NCBI RefSeq assembly: GCF_018977255.1
Contig: NW_024704742.1
Coordinates: forward strand, 91,452,001 to 91,516,000
Reading direction: 5' to 3'
DNA length: 64,000 bases
Source of the DNA: Callorhinchus milii
Lineage: Eukaryota
The first letter of the stretch is position 1; each line of letters starts with the position of its first letter. Below, piece after piece: positions 24,994 to 36,791 of this stretch. The notes below the pieces were generated by a model that saw only the letters and a program-made list of their open reading frames with translations, had not been told where the DNA came from and ran no database searches. The position numbers were made by a program, and so were the translations under genes.

Positions 24994-26550
24994 AAGGGTT
25001 CTTCTAACCTACAGGAGAATTCTACTGTTAGTTTATCAGTATGAACAGCTGACTTGAAAGGCACATAAACCATTGACTCATCTCGTCCTGAGCAGCAACA
25101 GAGTAAAGCTCACACTTAAAACTTAAACTACATATAACTGTTGAGAAATCAGGGATGATTTTAAAGGTTGGGATTTGTTTAGATAATTAATTGTCTGTCG
25201 CTAACATTTACTTTTTTTGTGTGAAGTTTGATAACCTACTTTTCCCATTGATTAGATTGTATACCTGAAAGCAGCTGCACATAATAAAAACAAAAATGAT
25301 AATACTTGCATTTGATAGTCTTATCACATCTTCGAGACGACAAAGCGCTTCACAGAATATACTTTAAAGTAAATTGACTGTATTTTTGTGTGAGAAACAC
25401 AGCAGCCAATTGAGCATAGCAGAGTCCCACAAACAATCATGGATTAACGACATTTTTTTGAAAAGATATTCCAGTTATGCCCACCACCTGTTCTTTCACA
25501 ACAACAGTTTGAGATTGCGTACCTGCCTCTGTTGCTGTGTAAACAAAGAGAAAACAGCCCACGTATTGCCAGACCCCTATTCCCGATATTGGTAAATTCT
25601 CCACCCTTCAACTTCATTCTTCAAAGCACACAGACTGAATGACTAAAATTTGTTCTGCTCCCACGCTCTTTGCACAAGCTCCTTCTTCAGAGATGGAAAG
25701 AGAAATCTTTCAGAACTTCTCTACACTTCCTCGCTCGTGCCCTTCTGTAAAGTGTGTAAGAAAGAGGTTATCTGCTCTCTTGTCAGTAAATGGAATGTGT
25801 ATAAAGGGGCTTGAACAAAAATTGGAAATGGTTCTACTAAAATCTACTTTTATAATTCTATCACCAGCCTAAAGGGCCTACTAAAATCCCCATTTACTAC
25901 GACGTATACCAGTGAGTTTCTTCTAAAGAGGAGACTGTTGTTTCTCTTTACTGACAAACAAATGATACAGTAAAAGCTTTCTCCATCTTGTAATTTTGTT
26001 CTTTTACTGTCTTCAGCCTGTGTTTCAAATCTTCTCAAGTGATACGGGTTTTTTAGTACTGCTTTTTGGGGATTTTTTTTAATATAGTCGTACATAAATT
26101 TTAGAAGAAGTTTACATTTGCTTATTAAGTGGTGTCTTAGCCTGAATTAAAAGTACGTGGGTTCATAGTGCAGGCTGCCAACTATAGGATGGTATTGGGA
26201 GTGAGCGCTGTTGGTGGTTTTGTCTTTTGAATGATATGTTAAATTGAGGTTCTGTTTGGGTGGCTATTAAGAGAACATCTGAGGCTATTTGAAAAGAGGA
26301 GATATTTTCCTGGGAAGCTGAGCCAACAATGTGCCACATAAATCGGTCATCCATCCCCCCCTGGCTGTTTGGGGGATATAACTGTACACAGCATGGCTTT
26401 GGCTACAAATAATCACTGCACTCAACAGTAATTACTGTAAAGTGCTTTAAGATATTTTGACATTAGAGACCCTATCAAATTGCAAGCATTATTTTTATTA
26501 TTGTTCCTGTAATGTAAAAAGGTTTATGTTGTGACCTTGTTCTTTTTAAG

Positions 26551-26664
26551 CTTTGAACAAGATTTGCTGCCGTTGTGGAGCATTGTTCTCTGTAACACCT
26601 GGAGGAAGTTATATCTCTAAAAAGGAATGTAAATATCATTGGGAACCAGCCCAAACACAACGAG
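26551..26664 (+). CDS. REXO1-like exon 10
   Basis: LNKICCRCGALFSVTPGGSYISKKECKYHW; tttaag| and G|gtgagt. Confidence 0.92.
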
Positions 26665-27665
26665 GTGAGTACATATTTTAACACCAAATCCTTAAATCAA
26701 TCATTCTTTTATACATGTAAGGGAAAGGATACAGGACTTTCCTCTGGGTGCAAATGGTTGGGAACAATTGATTGTACTGAAAATAACATTCAAAGGGTTG
26801 AACATTTAAATCGATGGGCAGGTAGTCTTTCGTGTGAATAAATTTATTTTTTGCCTGAAACAAGAGTACGCAATAAATCATTAAAATTTTATAGCACAGA
26901 AGGAGGCCATTCGTCCCAAGTGCCTGTGCGGCTCTTTGAAAAAGCTACCAACTAGTCCCACTCCCCCACTCTTACCCTATAACCCTGCAAATTTTTCCTT
27001 TTTAAGTCCATAATCAATAATATTAATAATAAAGTTTGCATTTGATATAGTATTTTCTCAGGTCTTTGAGACATCTCAAAGTGCTTCACAGAATATATTG
27101 TAAATTAAATTGACTGTATTCTGTGTACTAAACACGCAAAAGGCAAACTGTTGGTGTGATTTGTTTGAAAAGTATCCAGTGTAAACTTCCTATCAACCAG
27201 GGTAATCAAGTACTCGGCTTGTTGTTGTTATCATTTTGTGTGATGTTGGGCACCCTACCCTCAAAAATGCTTCTGCATTGGACAGAGCAAAAATATAATT
27301 GTGGGAATTACCAGAAATCGATTATCAAGTATTCACCAAGACAAAATTAATATTCTTCCCAGAGAAGAGCTGAATCCCTTTCTTAGTAGGGAGTTCTTAG
27401 TTTGTGCCGTACTTGACCTGAGATATTGGCACTTGGTTCAAAATGTTTCATATACCACCATGTTTGTGCGTCACTCTATTGGGTACAAAATTCAGATGAC
27501 AATAACTTGCATATATATAGCTCTCCTCACACAGGGCGCTTTATTTTGTGGGGATGTTGGGTACCTTACCTTGGGGCAAAAAGAACATTAATTAAACATG
27601 TCTGTACTTCCAATGACATAGGGATGTTGTACATTTAAAAAAAANGATGCTCTATGTAATTATAG

Positions 27666-27769
27666 TGCCTGGTGGATGGGAAATCCAATACAGTTGCTGT
27701 AAAGGGTCATTGGGATCAGATGGATGTGAGGTTGCTAAGCTATGCAAGACATCAGTAAATGAAAATAAG
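27666..27769 (+). CDS. REXO1-like exon 11 (donor apparently shifted 30 nt downstream)
   Basis: PGGWEIQYSCCKGSLGSDGCEVAK. The expected donor after 27739 reads AAG|ctatgc; an in-frame AAG|gtagga follows 27769. Confidence 0.8.
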
Positions 27770-28176
27770 GTAGGATATTAAGAACTTGTTTTTGCTGTTA
27801 AGTGAAGTCATGCTTATTGTTTGAGATCTACATGTGTAAGGTTTAGCTAGATGATTTCTTCCTGAAATGTGACGAGAGACCATAATGACTCAATCTATTT
27901 TAGCTAAGTTAAAGCAACTTTTTAAATATATATATATATATAATATATTCTTGAATTGCTGAGCTCCCATTTGAAACTGAACTAATTTTTTCACCTTCCT
28001 GGGTTGATATGTGCATTCAAAATTACCAATTGCCCCCTGAAGAATGGAAAACAAAATTATACATGAGAGCAGGTTATTTTCTCTGTGTTCATAGATGGAA
28101 GCATTTTTTTTGTGTGTGCTGCTTTTTTTAATGGCTTTTTGTATGAAGTACTGATGTGAACAGTGCCTCTTCATAG

Positions 28177-28284
28177 TTGCATGTCTGCAATCGAAAAGAA
28201 AACCTTGAAGGTTTTATGAAGACCTTTCTTAGGCTGATGCCCCTTGATGGAAATCCTGGTGTGTTTGCAGTGCACTGTGAGATG
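28177..28284 (+). CDS. REXO1-like exon 12 (ExoI motif, with H in place of D)
   Basis: [17 protein letters not shown]...[10 protein letters not shown]; donor ATG|gtaagt. Confidence 0.92.
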
Positions 28285-28400
28285 GTAAGTATATTTTAAA
28301 AAAAACCTTATTTTTATTTCTGCCCTTTATTCCTTTCATCAAACACTTTTGTCCTAAAATCTTTGTACATGAGACAGATTTGTATGTACCTCCAATTTGT

Positions 28401-28713
28401 GGAGTCCTGTAGCTCAGTGGTTAGAGCACTCGCTTTGCAAGTGAGAGACCTGAGTTCAATTCCAGGCAGAGGGCGAAACCTTGGGCAAGTTTCCTTACTC
28501 CACACACAGCCCTAATAATAATCCCTCCAAAAACAATAATTAAATTGGTCATTTTCAATCTATGACTGTTTGTGGGACATTGCTGTGCACAATTGGCTGC
28601 CGCGTTCGCCCACAAATATACAGTCAATTCACTTTACAGTGTGTTCTGTGAAGCGCTTTGGGACGTCCTCCTGACGTGAAAAGCACTATATCAAATACAA
28701 GGATTATTATTAT
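28401..28713 (+). mobile_element. Full-length young tRNA-derived SINE (short form)
   Basis: A-box TAGCTCAGTGG, TGC anticodon-like loop (tRNA-Ala-like), B-box GTTCAATTCC, L2-type 3' stem-loop, (TTA)n tail. Confidence 0.93.
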
Positions 28714-28911
28714 ATAATTTAATATTGTTTGCTGCTGAAGGTGTGAGTTCATCAAACCTATGTATAATGTATCCTCTTTGTTGGCGATCTCGGGACCTAC
28801 CTATGGCTGGCAGCTTAACTTCTCCAAGGTCAATGCAAATTTAGAAGCAAAAACTAATCTGCCTTTTGGGCATTCTTCAGTTCACTGTTTTCTTGCTTTC
28901 TTCTCTTGCAG

Positions 28912-29027
28912 TGTTACACCAGGCATGGTATGGAAATTGCTCGCGTAAGTGTGGTCAACTCCAGTTTCGAGGTTGTTTATGATACATTTGTTAAACAAGA
29001 TAATGAGGTGATTGATTACAACACCAG
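28912..29027 (+). CDS. REXO1-like exon 13
   Basis: [39 protein letters not shown]; strong pyrimidine tract; AG|gtaaat. Confidence 0.93.
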
Positions 29028-30107
29028 GTAAATAGCATCCAAATTAATTGGTTCTTTTATAGAAGGAGGGTGAGAACTATAATCAGGTATCTAGCTAATT
29101 TGATTAGTGGTAGTTTTCCTTGTTTTTAAAGCAGTTTGTCATTGTGGACAAAAAAAATGATGGAGGGAAGGGTAGTAGGATGACGTAGGATAACAGTTTT
29201 ATAGATATATTCGATTAACTGCTTCATTCCATGCAGACACTGCTAAAATGTGGGACGTGGATCTCAGTTTCATTGTGATGTAAAATGACAAGTTAAAACA
29301 CACAACACAGATGCTGACTTATACTGTAGAAACTAGTTGTAAATAGCAGCAAAGTTGCCAAAGTACATGACTACCTATAGAAATCTGCAATATGAGTTAA
29401 TACATGACTAATACATTTAAAAAAATCTTAACAACATTGCAAAGTTTGAAACTAATCAAAAGCCTGTTTATTCTTGAAGATTTGATAAGAATCAATAGTC
29501 GTCCAACATTTTACTTCAGTGTCTGAGTTGTACTAACAGAAGCACAGGTAGTGTAGCAAACTATAAATGTGCCTTAGTCTATGTTGCACTAAGTTTCCCA
29601 AGGAGGATGGAAGTGTCAGTTTTAAGGTTACCTTTTAACATTGCTCACATTTTATATGGAATAATCAGGAGCATCACAGTTACCATGCTCCCATTTAACA
29701 TAAGGCTCCAACAGGAGTGCTTGAGAATTCCTAGACTTGGTAAGCTTTTGTTTTCAAAAGGGTTATTGGCTTGACCTTCCTTAAACATTGCCAGGATAAT
29801 TTAAGAATCTGGTTGTGATATGACTTGATTTTGTAAAGCTGTTGTTAATTGCCAGACTGCCATTTTTTGACTATTATTTAGCATATCCACAACTCTTGGC
29901 TGTTTCCATAGTGCGTTCTGGGACTTCAAACCTACAAATGCACAGTCTGTCACTGCATCCTACATTAAATCCTTTGAAGCATTTGGTGATGTGATAAGGC
30001 ATTGTAACAAACGCAAGGATTTAGGATGTTATCGTTTATAATATAATTCAATATAAAGTAGTAAGTCATTGTTTTAATGTGGAAACAAATTTGGATTCCA
30101 AAGCAGT

Positions 30108-30610
30108 TCTAAGAACAGGAATAGACCATTCAGCCCCTCAAGTTTGTTCGACCATTCTATAAGATCATAACTGATCTGTACCTCAACTCCAAACACCTGC
30201 CCTTACCCCATATCCCTTGATTCCCCAACCTAGCAAAAATCTAGCCACTTCAGTCTTGAAAATGTGACTGGATCCAGCATCCACAGCCTTTTGGGGGAGA
30301 GATTTCCATTATCCTTTGGGTGAAAAGCTGCTTCCTAATTTCACTCCCAAGTGGCTTAGCTCTAATTTTAACATTATGCCCCCTTGTTCTGGATTCCCCC
30401 ACCAGAGGAAATAGTTTCTCTGTAGCTACCCTAGCGAATCCCTTTATTTTGAAAACTTCAATTAGATAACCCATCAACCTTATAAACTCAAGGAAATACA
30501 GACGAGTTTATGCAAGTTGTTCTTATAATTTAACCTTTTAAGCCCTGATATAATTCTGGTGAATCTGACACTGGACCCCCCCCCCCCCCGAGCCAATATA
30601 TCCTTCCTGA
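30108..30610 (-). mobile_element. CR1 3' fragment
   Basis: ORF GYLIEVFKIKGF..KLFPLVGESRTRGHN; CR1 3' UTR. Confidence 0.85.
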
Positions 30611-30694
30611 GGTTGTCTGAAAAATACAGCTACAGCTTTAGTGGATATTTGTTTATTTTTCTTGCTGCTCAGGTTCTAAATTTTTAATTTGTAG

Positions 30695-30833
30695 ATTTTC
30701 TGGTGTGACACAGAAGGACTTAGCAAATGCAAAACAGACACTTCGTGAAGTTCAGGCAGTGTTACTGAGCATGTTCAGTGCTGATTCCATCATAATTGGC
30801 CATTGTTTAGAAAATGACCTATTTGCACTCAAG
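30695..30833 (+). CDS. REXO1-like exon 14 (ExoII motif)
   Basis: FSGVTQKDL...[34 protein letters not shown]|gtaagg. Confidence 0.93.
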
Positions 30834-33034
30834 GTAAGGCAATTTTATAATTGACAATTTTTGGGAGCAAAAACGTGGAAACTTTATAAAGCTGTAACTT
30901 TTAATTGCTTGAACATTGCTAGGAACAAGTCCACTGGGCTGATTGCTTTTGGCCTAGGTGAGCATGGGTTTGACCTTCATGGGCAGGGCAAGACGGGGAA
31001 AAAAATAGCTAACACCAAAAATTGGGAGCCCAATTAATTGGGCCTAAAATGTATAAAATAACAATTGCACAACTCAAATTAAAATAAAATGCTGGACCTG
31101 GGCTGGAAGAGGGGTGTGCTGCCCCCACTGGTCAGATTTTACACTCGTGTTAATTAAAAAGTGTAAATTTTACCCCGAGTTTCCCTTCACTAAAGGTACC
31201 CATATCACTAACTTCAATGGTGACAATTGCTTGCATTTCTCTCCATTTCCTTAAGCCTTTTCTCAGCACATTGGAATGTCCTCCCATCGTGAAAGGCGCT
31301 ATATAAATTTAATGTTTTCTAACCTGCCCTTCCATGCATTACCTGAGGTCACTTTGCCAACTTTGTGTATATCCCTTTCTTGATGTTCCCAAGTGATGAC
31401 AAACCTGAATTTGAAACTTTTTTTGTGGCTTGTAATCAAAAAANTGTTGATATATTTCAGCCTTCCTGCATGCACTGAGGTAGTTCCCATTAATCTGTGT
31501 TATAATAGTTAATTTCAGGTAACCACTATGCCATTCGCCTATGCAAGAATTCATTCCATTTTAAAAGAGAAATAAAGATGTTTGAAAATTCTTTCCTTCC
31601 TTATTTTGTTTCCAGTTAAATCACACTGAAATGTATTTTGGGTGTTTGACATTATTTTTGGTCAACTAAGCTCTCATTCTCTTATTTGATGCACGTGGCA
31701 GTGAATATTCATGGATGCCAAAATTTGCTGTAGGTATCGGGTTGGCTCAGCTGGTAGCTCACTTGCCTCTGAGTTGGAAGTCTGTTAGGACTCAGCTCAT
31801 ATTCTCGGCTGACACTCCAGTGCCTTGCTGCTAGAGCAGGTACATCAGTCATTCACCTCATGGCTGTTTGTGGGACATTGCTGTGTGCAAATGACTGTTA
31901 TATTTACCTACAAATAGTCACTGCACCTGACAGTAATTTACCTGTGAAGCATTTTGAAAGACAACAAATGCAAGGATCATGATATTTGTAAACTTGGGCT
32001 TCCAGTTTATGCCAAGTTTCAAACGGCAGCACTGTTTCTTTCTTTAACAATCCAATGCTAAACCCCAGGTAAAGAGATTATTCAAAGTACTGAAGTACTT
32101 TATTGTGAGAATGCTCTTTGGTAAGTAGAGAATTACCTATTTTTGCAGAAAGTTATTTCTTTGGAATTATGATCGTTGCGATCCCCTTGTAAAGATATTG
32201 ACTTGTGTTGGGGTTCATTTTTGATTTCACAGTCCTCTAATACTTGCATTCTTCATGTTTTAGCTGATACATTGAGTGTTGCCAGACTATTTGAACTAAA
32301 GACCATCATAGTGGGGGCCTGTGTAGCAACATAGGTCTCAGGTTTCTCATGTTGTTGGTCTTAAGAACATGATCTGCAAAAATTCAAATTGTGTAACTTT
32401 TGAAAACTTTCTCAAATTTGTTTTCAATTTTGAAGCTGACCACTGTACCTTCTATCAGTAATGATAATTACTTGGTTACCTGCGGCAGTAGTGGGTTGGT
32501 GAAGTAATAGTAATTACTTGGTTACCAGTGGCGATGGTGGTGGGCCAGTGAAGTCTGGCTCATCCTCTCTTTTAAAGATGTATTGACTTGCGAATTGCAA
32601 GAGAGAACGTTCTTGCCTTAAACATCCCTGAATGTAGGAATCAGCCTGGGTGTTGCTATCCAACGTTTTTTGGTGAAGAATGGACATCGAATGAGGGCAG
32701 CATTTGTCTGGACTTCACTCACCCTAACTCACCCCCTCCCTAGTAATGCGAATAGCCTGTCAGAACTCTGACCATTTGCCTTGTAACAGTTTTGTGCTTG
32801 TTAATTTAACAATCAGTTGGTTGTTTGGGGTGGGAGAGACTGTAAAATCTCCATCTACAAGTTCTAACATTTTTATCAATTTTTTTTTAAAAAAAGCAAT
32901 TACATTGATGATGTTTACTTCAACCGAATGATACCTTGTTTTGGTTAAACAAGGATTGAATGTTGCAAACTTATTTTCCTAAGAATTTTATGTTGATTGC
33001 AATTTTACTTCAGATAATGTTTATTTTCTTTCAG

Positions 33035-33155
33035 ATTATACACAGCACAATTATTGACACGTCTATTGTCTTCCCACACCATTTGGGTTTACCTCACAAG
33101 CGAGCATTCAGAAACATAGTGGCGGAGTACCTCAGACATATCATCCATGAAAAAG
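33035..33155 (+). CDS. REXO1-like exon 15
   Basis: IIHSTIIDTSIVFPHHLGLPHKRAFRNIVAEYLRHII; G|gtaagt. Confidence 0.93.
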
Positions 33156-34097
33156 GTAAGTAACTGTATTCTCAGTATGGAAAAACAGTGAGATGTTGAG
33201 AATTAAATACACCTCAGCCCTGTGACTGGAAGGGCTGGACAGATGATGTGAAATGTATTGAATCAGTGGAATTGTTCATGTACGTTTAAATTACCTGTGT
33301 TAGTAAATTGTTTGCTTTAAGCCCTTCTCTTTTGTCAGATTCACTAAAATGGCATTAACTAAAATTTTGGAGATAATTATACAGAATGTACTATTATTAG
33401 TCTTGCCACTTACCCAGCGCCTTGGGACGTCCTCCCAACGTGAAAGGCGCTATACAAATGTAATTTTGTTGTTGATGTTGAATTATTTTCCAAGCTTATA
33501 GGAATGTTGGTCTAACCTTCAGAGTGAATTTAGAGATCCCTTAAGATTTGAATATAAATTACTTAGATGGGGCCTGAGGATGATGTTCCCTTTATTTTCC
33601 CCTCCCCTACAACCACTTGGCTCTCTCAATGCTGACGTTCATGAAGCTGACTCATTTGTCTTGTGGATTATGGCTTCTGCCTGCTGGTAAACAGGATTGT
33701 GGCTTAGTTTGAATGTTGTACTAAAACTGTTATCATATTAATGCAAGATCCAGCTTTCTGAACGATGGCAATGTGTCTTTTGTTGTATCCAGTAGTGTAT
33801 ATCAGCATTGTGGAATTCACTAACAGCTGCAAACTACACTAAACAATCAGCTTTGCAGTTTTTTTTAAAAAAATGATAATTTTTAGATGTTCACATTTGC
33901 GATGCCAAAGAACACTTTTTTCCCTGCATTCTAATCTACTGTACATTGAGCAGAGAATAACTAGTGGGCAGTAGTTTCCACAACAAAATGGTTTAGCACT
34001 ATGAAGATTGATAGTAGGTGGAACATAATGTTCTGGGTGCTAATGGTTAACTTGCATTAAAACCAGATTTGATTTCCCTCCATCTTTCTTTTACTAG

Positions 34098-34189
34098 CTG
34101 AAAGCCACGACTCCATTGGGGATGCTCGCGAATGTGTCGAGCTAATGATCTGGAAAGTGAAGGAGGATGCAAAAGGGAAAAGGCAGTGA
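34098..34189 (+). CDS. REXO1-like exon 16 (ExoIII motif, stop)
   Basis: ESHDSIGDARECVELMIWKVKEDAKGKRQ*; acceptor ttactag|. Confidence 0.92.
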
Positions 34190-36442
34190 GCAGATTCTCT
34201 GTAGAGGACAATGCTGGCAGAAAAACAGCCAGCAATTGTGAATCTTTCTCCATTCAAATGGACTGACTGCTTCATCGGTTACACTAATTCTTCAATTTTC
34301 AAGAGGATTTACCTTATGTCTGTTATGTTCATAGATGGATGGCTAACAAGGAGTGTTTACAGACCAGTAATCCAACCACTTAAGCCCATGTGCCATAAAC
34401 TGAGCAAGTAAAGCTCAAAGTGGGCTTTAAATCTTCAAGCTGTTTTCTTATATCTTTTGCTGTTCAGAACCTGTACATGTTCAGTTGTCTCTGGCTGCAC
34501 ATCTTTGTAAAAAGATTGTTTGTCTGTGTTTAAAAGGACTTTTTTTGTTTCGATGCAGACTGAGGCAACTGTGTGCTCCATGTTCTTGTTGACCTCACTG
34601 GAAGATTAATAATTTGTGACTGTTACTGCAGGTTTATGAAGGAAACTCACTGGCTTTAGTTGACAGGAAATTCTTGGCTACTAAGTAATGTTTAGAAGTG
34701 CATAATGATGAATATTTAAAACTTATTTTAAACACAAATTTATTACAAATCACAGTTGCTTTATTTCTCCACATCAAGCTGGTGAGTGTCTGGGCTAGAC
34801 GGACTATGAATAACAGTGAGGATATTTGTCTAGTAGTAGAAAGGTTCTGAAAGCATCAGAGTAACTGAGTAACTTGCCCTTCCGCAAAGCTGTACTACTA
34901 TCTTGGTAATGGCATTATTTTCCAAATATTGCAAATGCTTGTTGCTCAGCCACATATCTCTGAAGAAAGTAGAGGAGGGTGGACTCCTACGTGAAAAGCA
35001 GACTCCATTAAATTCCATTACCTTTTATCCACAAGGGCTTGTCTTGTGGATAATACTAAATGTCTAAATACATTTGTTTTATGTTGGCTTGTTATGTGTA
35101 CAATTCACTCAATATAGTAGTACATAGATTTTGGGGTATAATGGGTTGAGAAGAGGCATAGCTTTTGTGGGGGGAAAAGAGAAGATGTATACATCTCTTT
35201 CATCTTACTTTGCCTCCTCCCCACTCCCTCACTAAGAACCACACAACTGTAACCCAGGATGAATGAAGTGACATTCAAATATCACTGCTTCACTGGCACC
35301 TTGGCTGAAACAAACACTCATCTGCCTTGCTTTTTTTTTTTTGTCGATGCCTATGGGTGCCAGATTATTAGAGGGGAGCAGGTGGGCACGGAACAGGGGA
35401 CAGATTCACACAATGAGCTTGGTAGTAACAGTGGAGTCAACACAGCATGAAAGTGAACTTGAACCCTTCTTTAAAGGGTTTAACAGGAAGTGAAGGGCTG
35501 GCACACTTTGTCAAGTTTCTGGCTTTATTCTCTATGCCCCACCTGGGGTGAATTCATATCAATGGTTTAACTGGAGTGGGTGAGGCAAACGATGCAATCA
35601 TTTCAAAATAGTGAAAAGTGCATTTAACTACTGTACACTTAATAAAAAGGAGAAAAACCTATATGGGTCCATCTAATTCCGTTTGTCTACATTTGTCTAG
35701 GGGGAAATACTCCTTGCACTTGGTAAAGAATTTGGATTTCAAAAGCTAAAGCAGAGTAGTCGTCTGCTATTGTTTTGTATTTTATGTGCTAGTGTATCTC
35801 GTTTGGGTATTTTTGATTTTGAGTTGTAAAGCTCTCTGGCTGCTCAGAAAATTACAATGAACTAATGTTTAATAGTCAGATTTCTGGACAGCAGGTGGAG
35901 CACTCTGATGCAGATTTGTGAGGCTTAATATGGAGAGTTGCTGTTCACGAATGCGTCTTGCTCTCTGGGAATAAGAGAGGCATTACTGCAACTCTTACGG
36001 TTGGTTTGGAAGTAAAGATTAAATGCTGGGTTCCGAAATGAATTGCCTTGTTCTGATAAATCCCAGATAAAGCAGTTTAGCACTAATGGCCGAAGAAAAG
36101 CTAAAAGTAATTTTGCATTCATCAATATTCTCTACCTGTGAGAAATTGTTCCTTGGCTTTACTAGGGACGGCTGCTAATACTTGACAGTTTAAGGATCAT
36201 GCCAAACTGTTTGGAGGTGTCAGCTCCCCACCTAATCTTGTTGGTTCATTTGTTGGTGTTTGCCTTGATCAGTATCAGAGGAAAAACTACCGACCCTGTG
36301 CAACCTGAGGGACTTCAGACATTTATGTTTCATAATTGGTTGCAATTTATTGTTATGAAAATTAAAAAAAAATACAAAATGTGTGCTTTACCCTCAATGT
36401 TTCTTTTGGGTCTGGCTGGGTCTTATTGGAGGGCAGCACTGT

Positions 36443-36791
36443 AATAATAATCCTTGCATTTGATATGATGCGTTATCATGTCTTCAAGACATCTCAAAGT
36501 GCTTCACAGAATATACTGTAAAGTGAATTGATTGTATATTTTGTAAATGAAACGTGGAGGCCAATTGTGCACAGCAGTGTCCCACAAACGGTTGTAGATT
36601 GAGTGACCAGATTATTACCTTTATTGTTGAAAGAATTATTACCCCCCCAGAAAGCGATCCACCAATCGACTAACAACCCAGTTCTTACTTACTGCAAGGT
36701 AAACAGCCTAAGATTTCGCCCTTCCCGGGAATCAAACACAGGTCCTCTCACTTGTGAGGTGAGAGCTCTAACAACTATGCTACAGGACTCC
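36443..36791 (-). mobile_element. SINE, long form
   Basis: Reverse-complement head (gctacaggactcc), internal segment and tail. Confidence 0.85.

Larger units (their letters stand above)
7901..34189 (+). other. REXO1-like (RNA exonuclease 1 homolog) gene span, 16 coding exons, about 1202 aa if one T is restored in exon 1
   Basis: N-terminus MLRSAGFF..CPF..CQRPFCHFRH, internal LEYDPLMNYS and DPMEECFRIFNES, CCRCG/YHW region and a C-terminal DEDDh domain all match REXO1 family motifs. Intron phases are consistent across the model. Confidence 0.9.

Noticed and set aside
25460..26000. Possible hidden minus-strand exon or transposase relic in intron 9
   Set aside because: All three minus-strand frames I checked (25521-25700) contain stops and no motif was recognised.
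28401..28475. tRNA-Ala-like gene (also at 9860-9931, 39490-39565, 40305 and 60461)
   Set aside because: These are SINE heads: the acceptor stem is imperfect and each continues into the same SINE body and tail.
32465..32555. Diverged direct repeat of about 45 bp (taattacttggttacc...)
   Set aside because: A simple local duplication with no sign of function.
35025..35053. Hairpin TTATCCACAAG...CTTGTGGATAA resembling inverted DnaA boxes
   Set aside because: The DnaA reading is irrelevant in a vertebrate 3' region, and an 11-bp stem alone is too weak to call.
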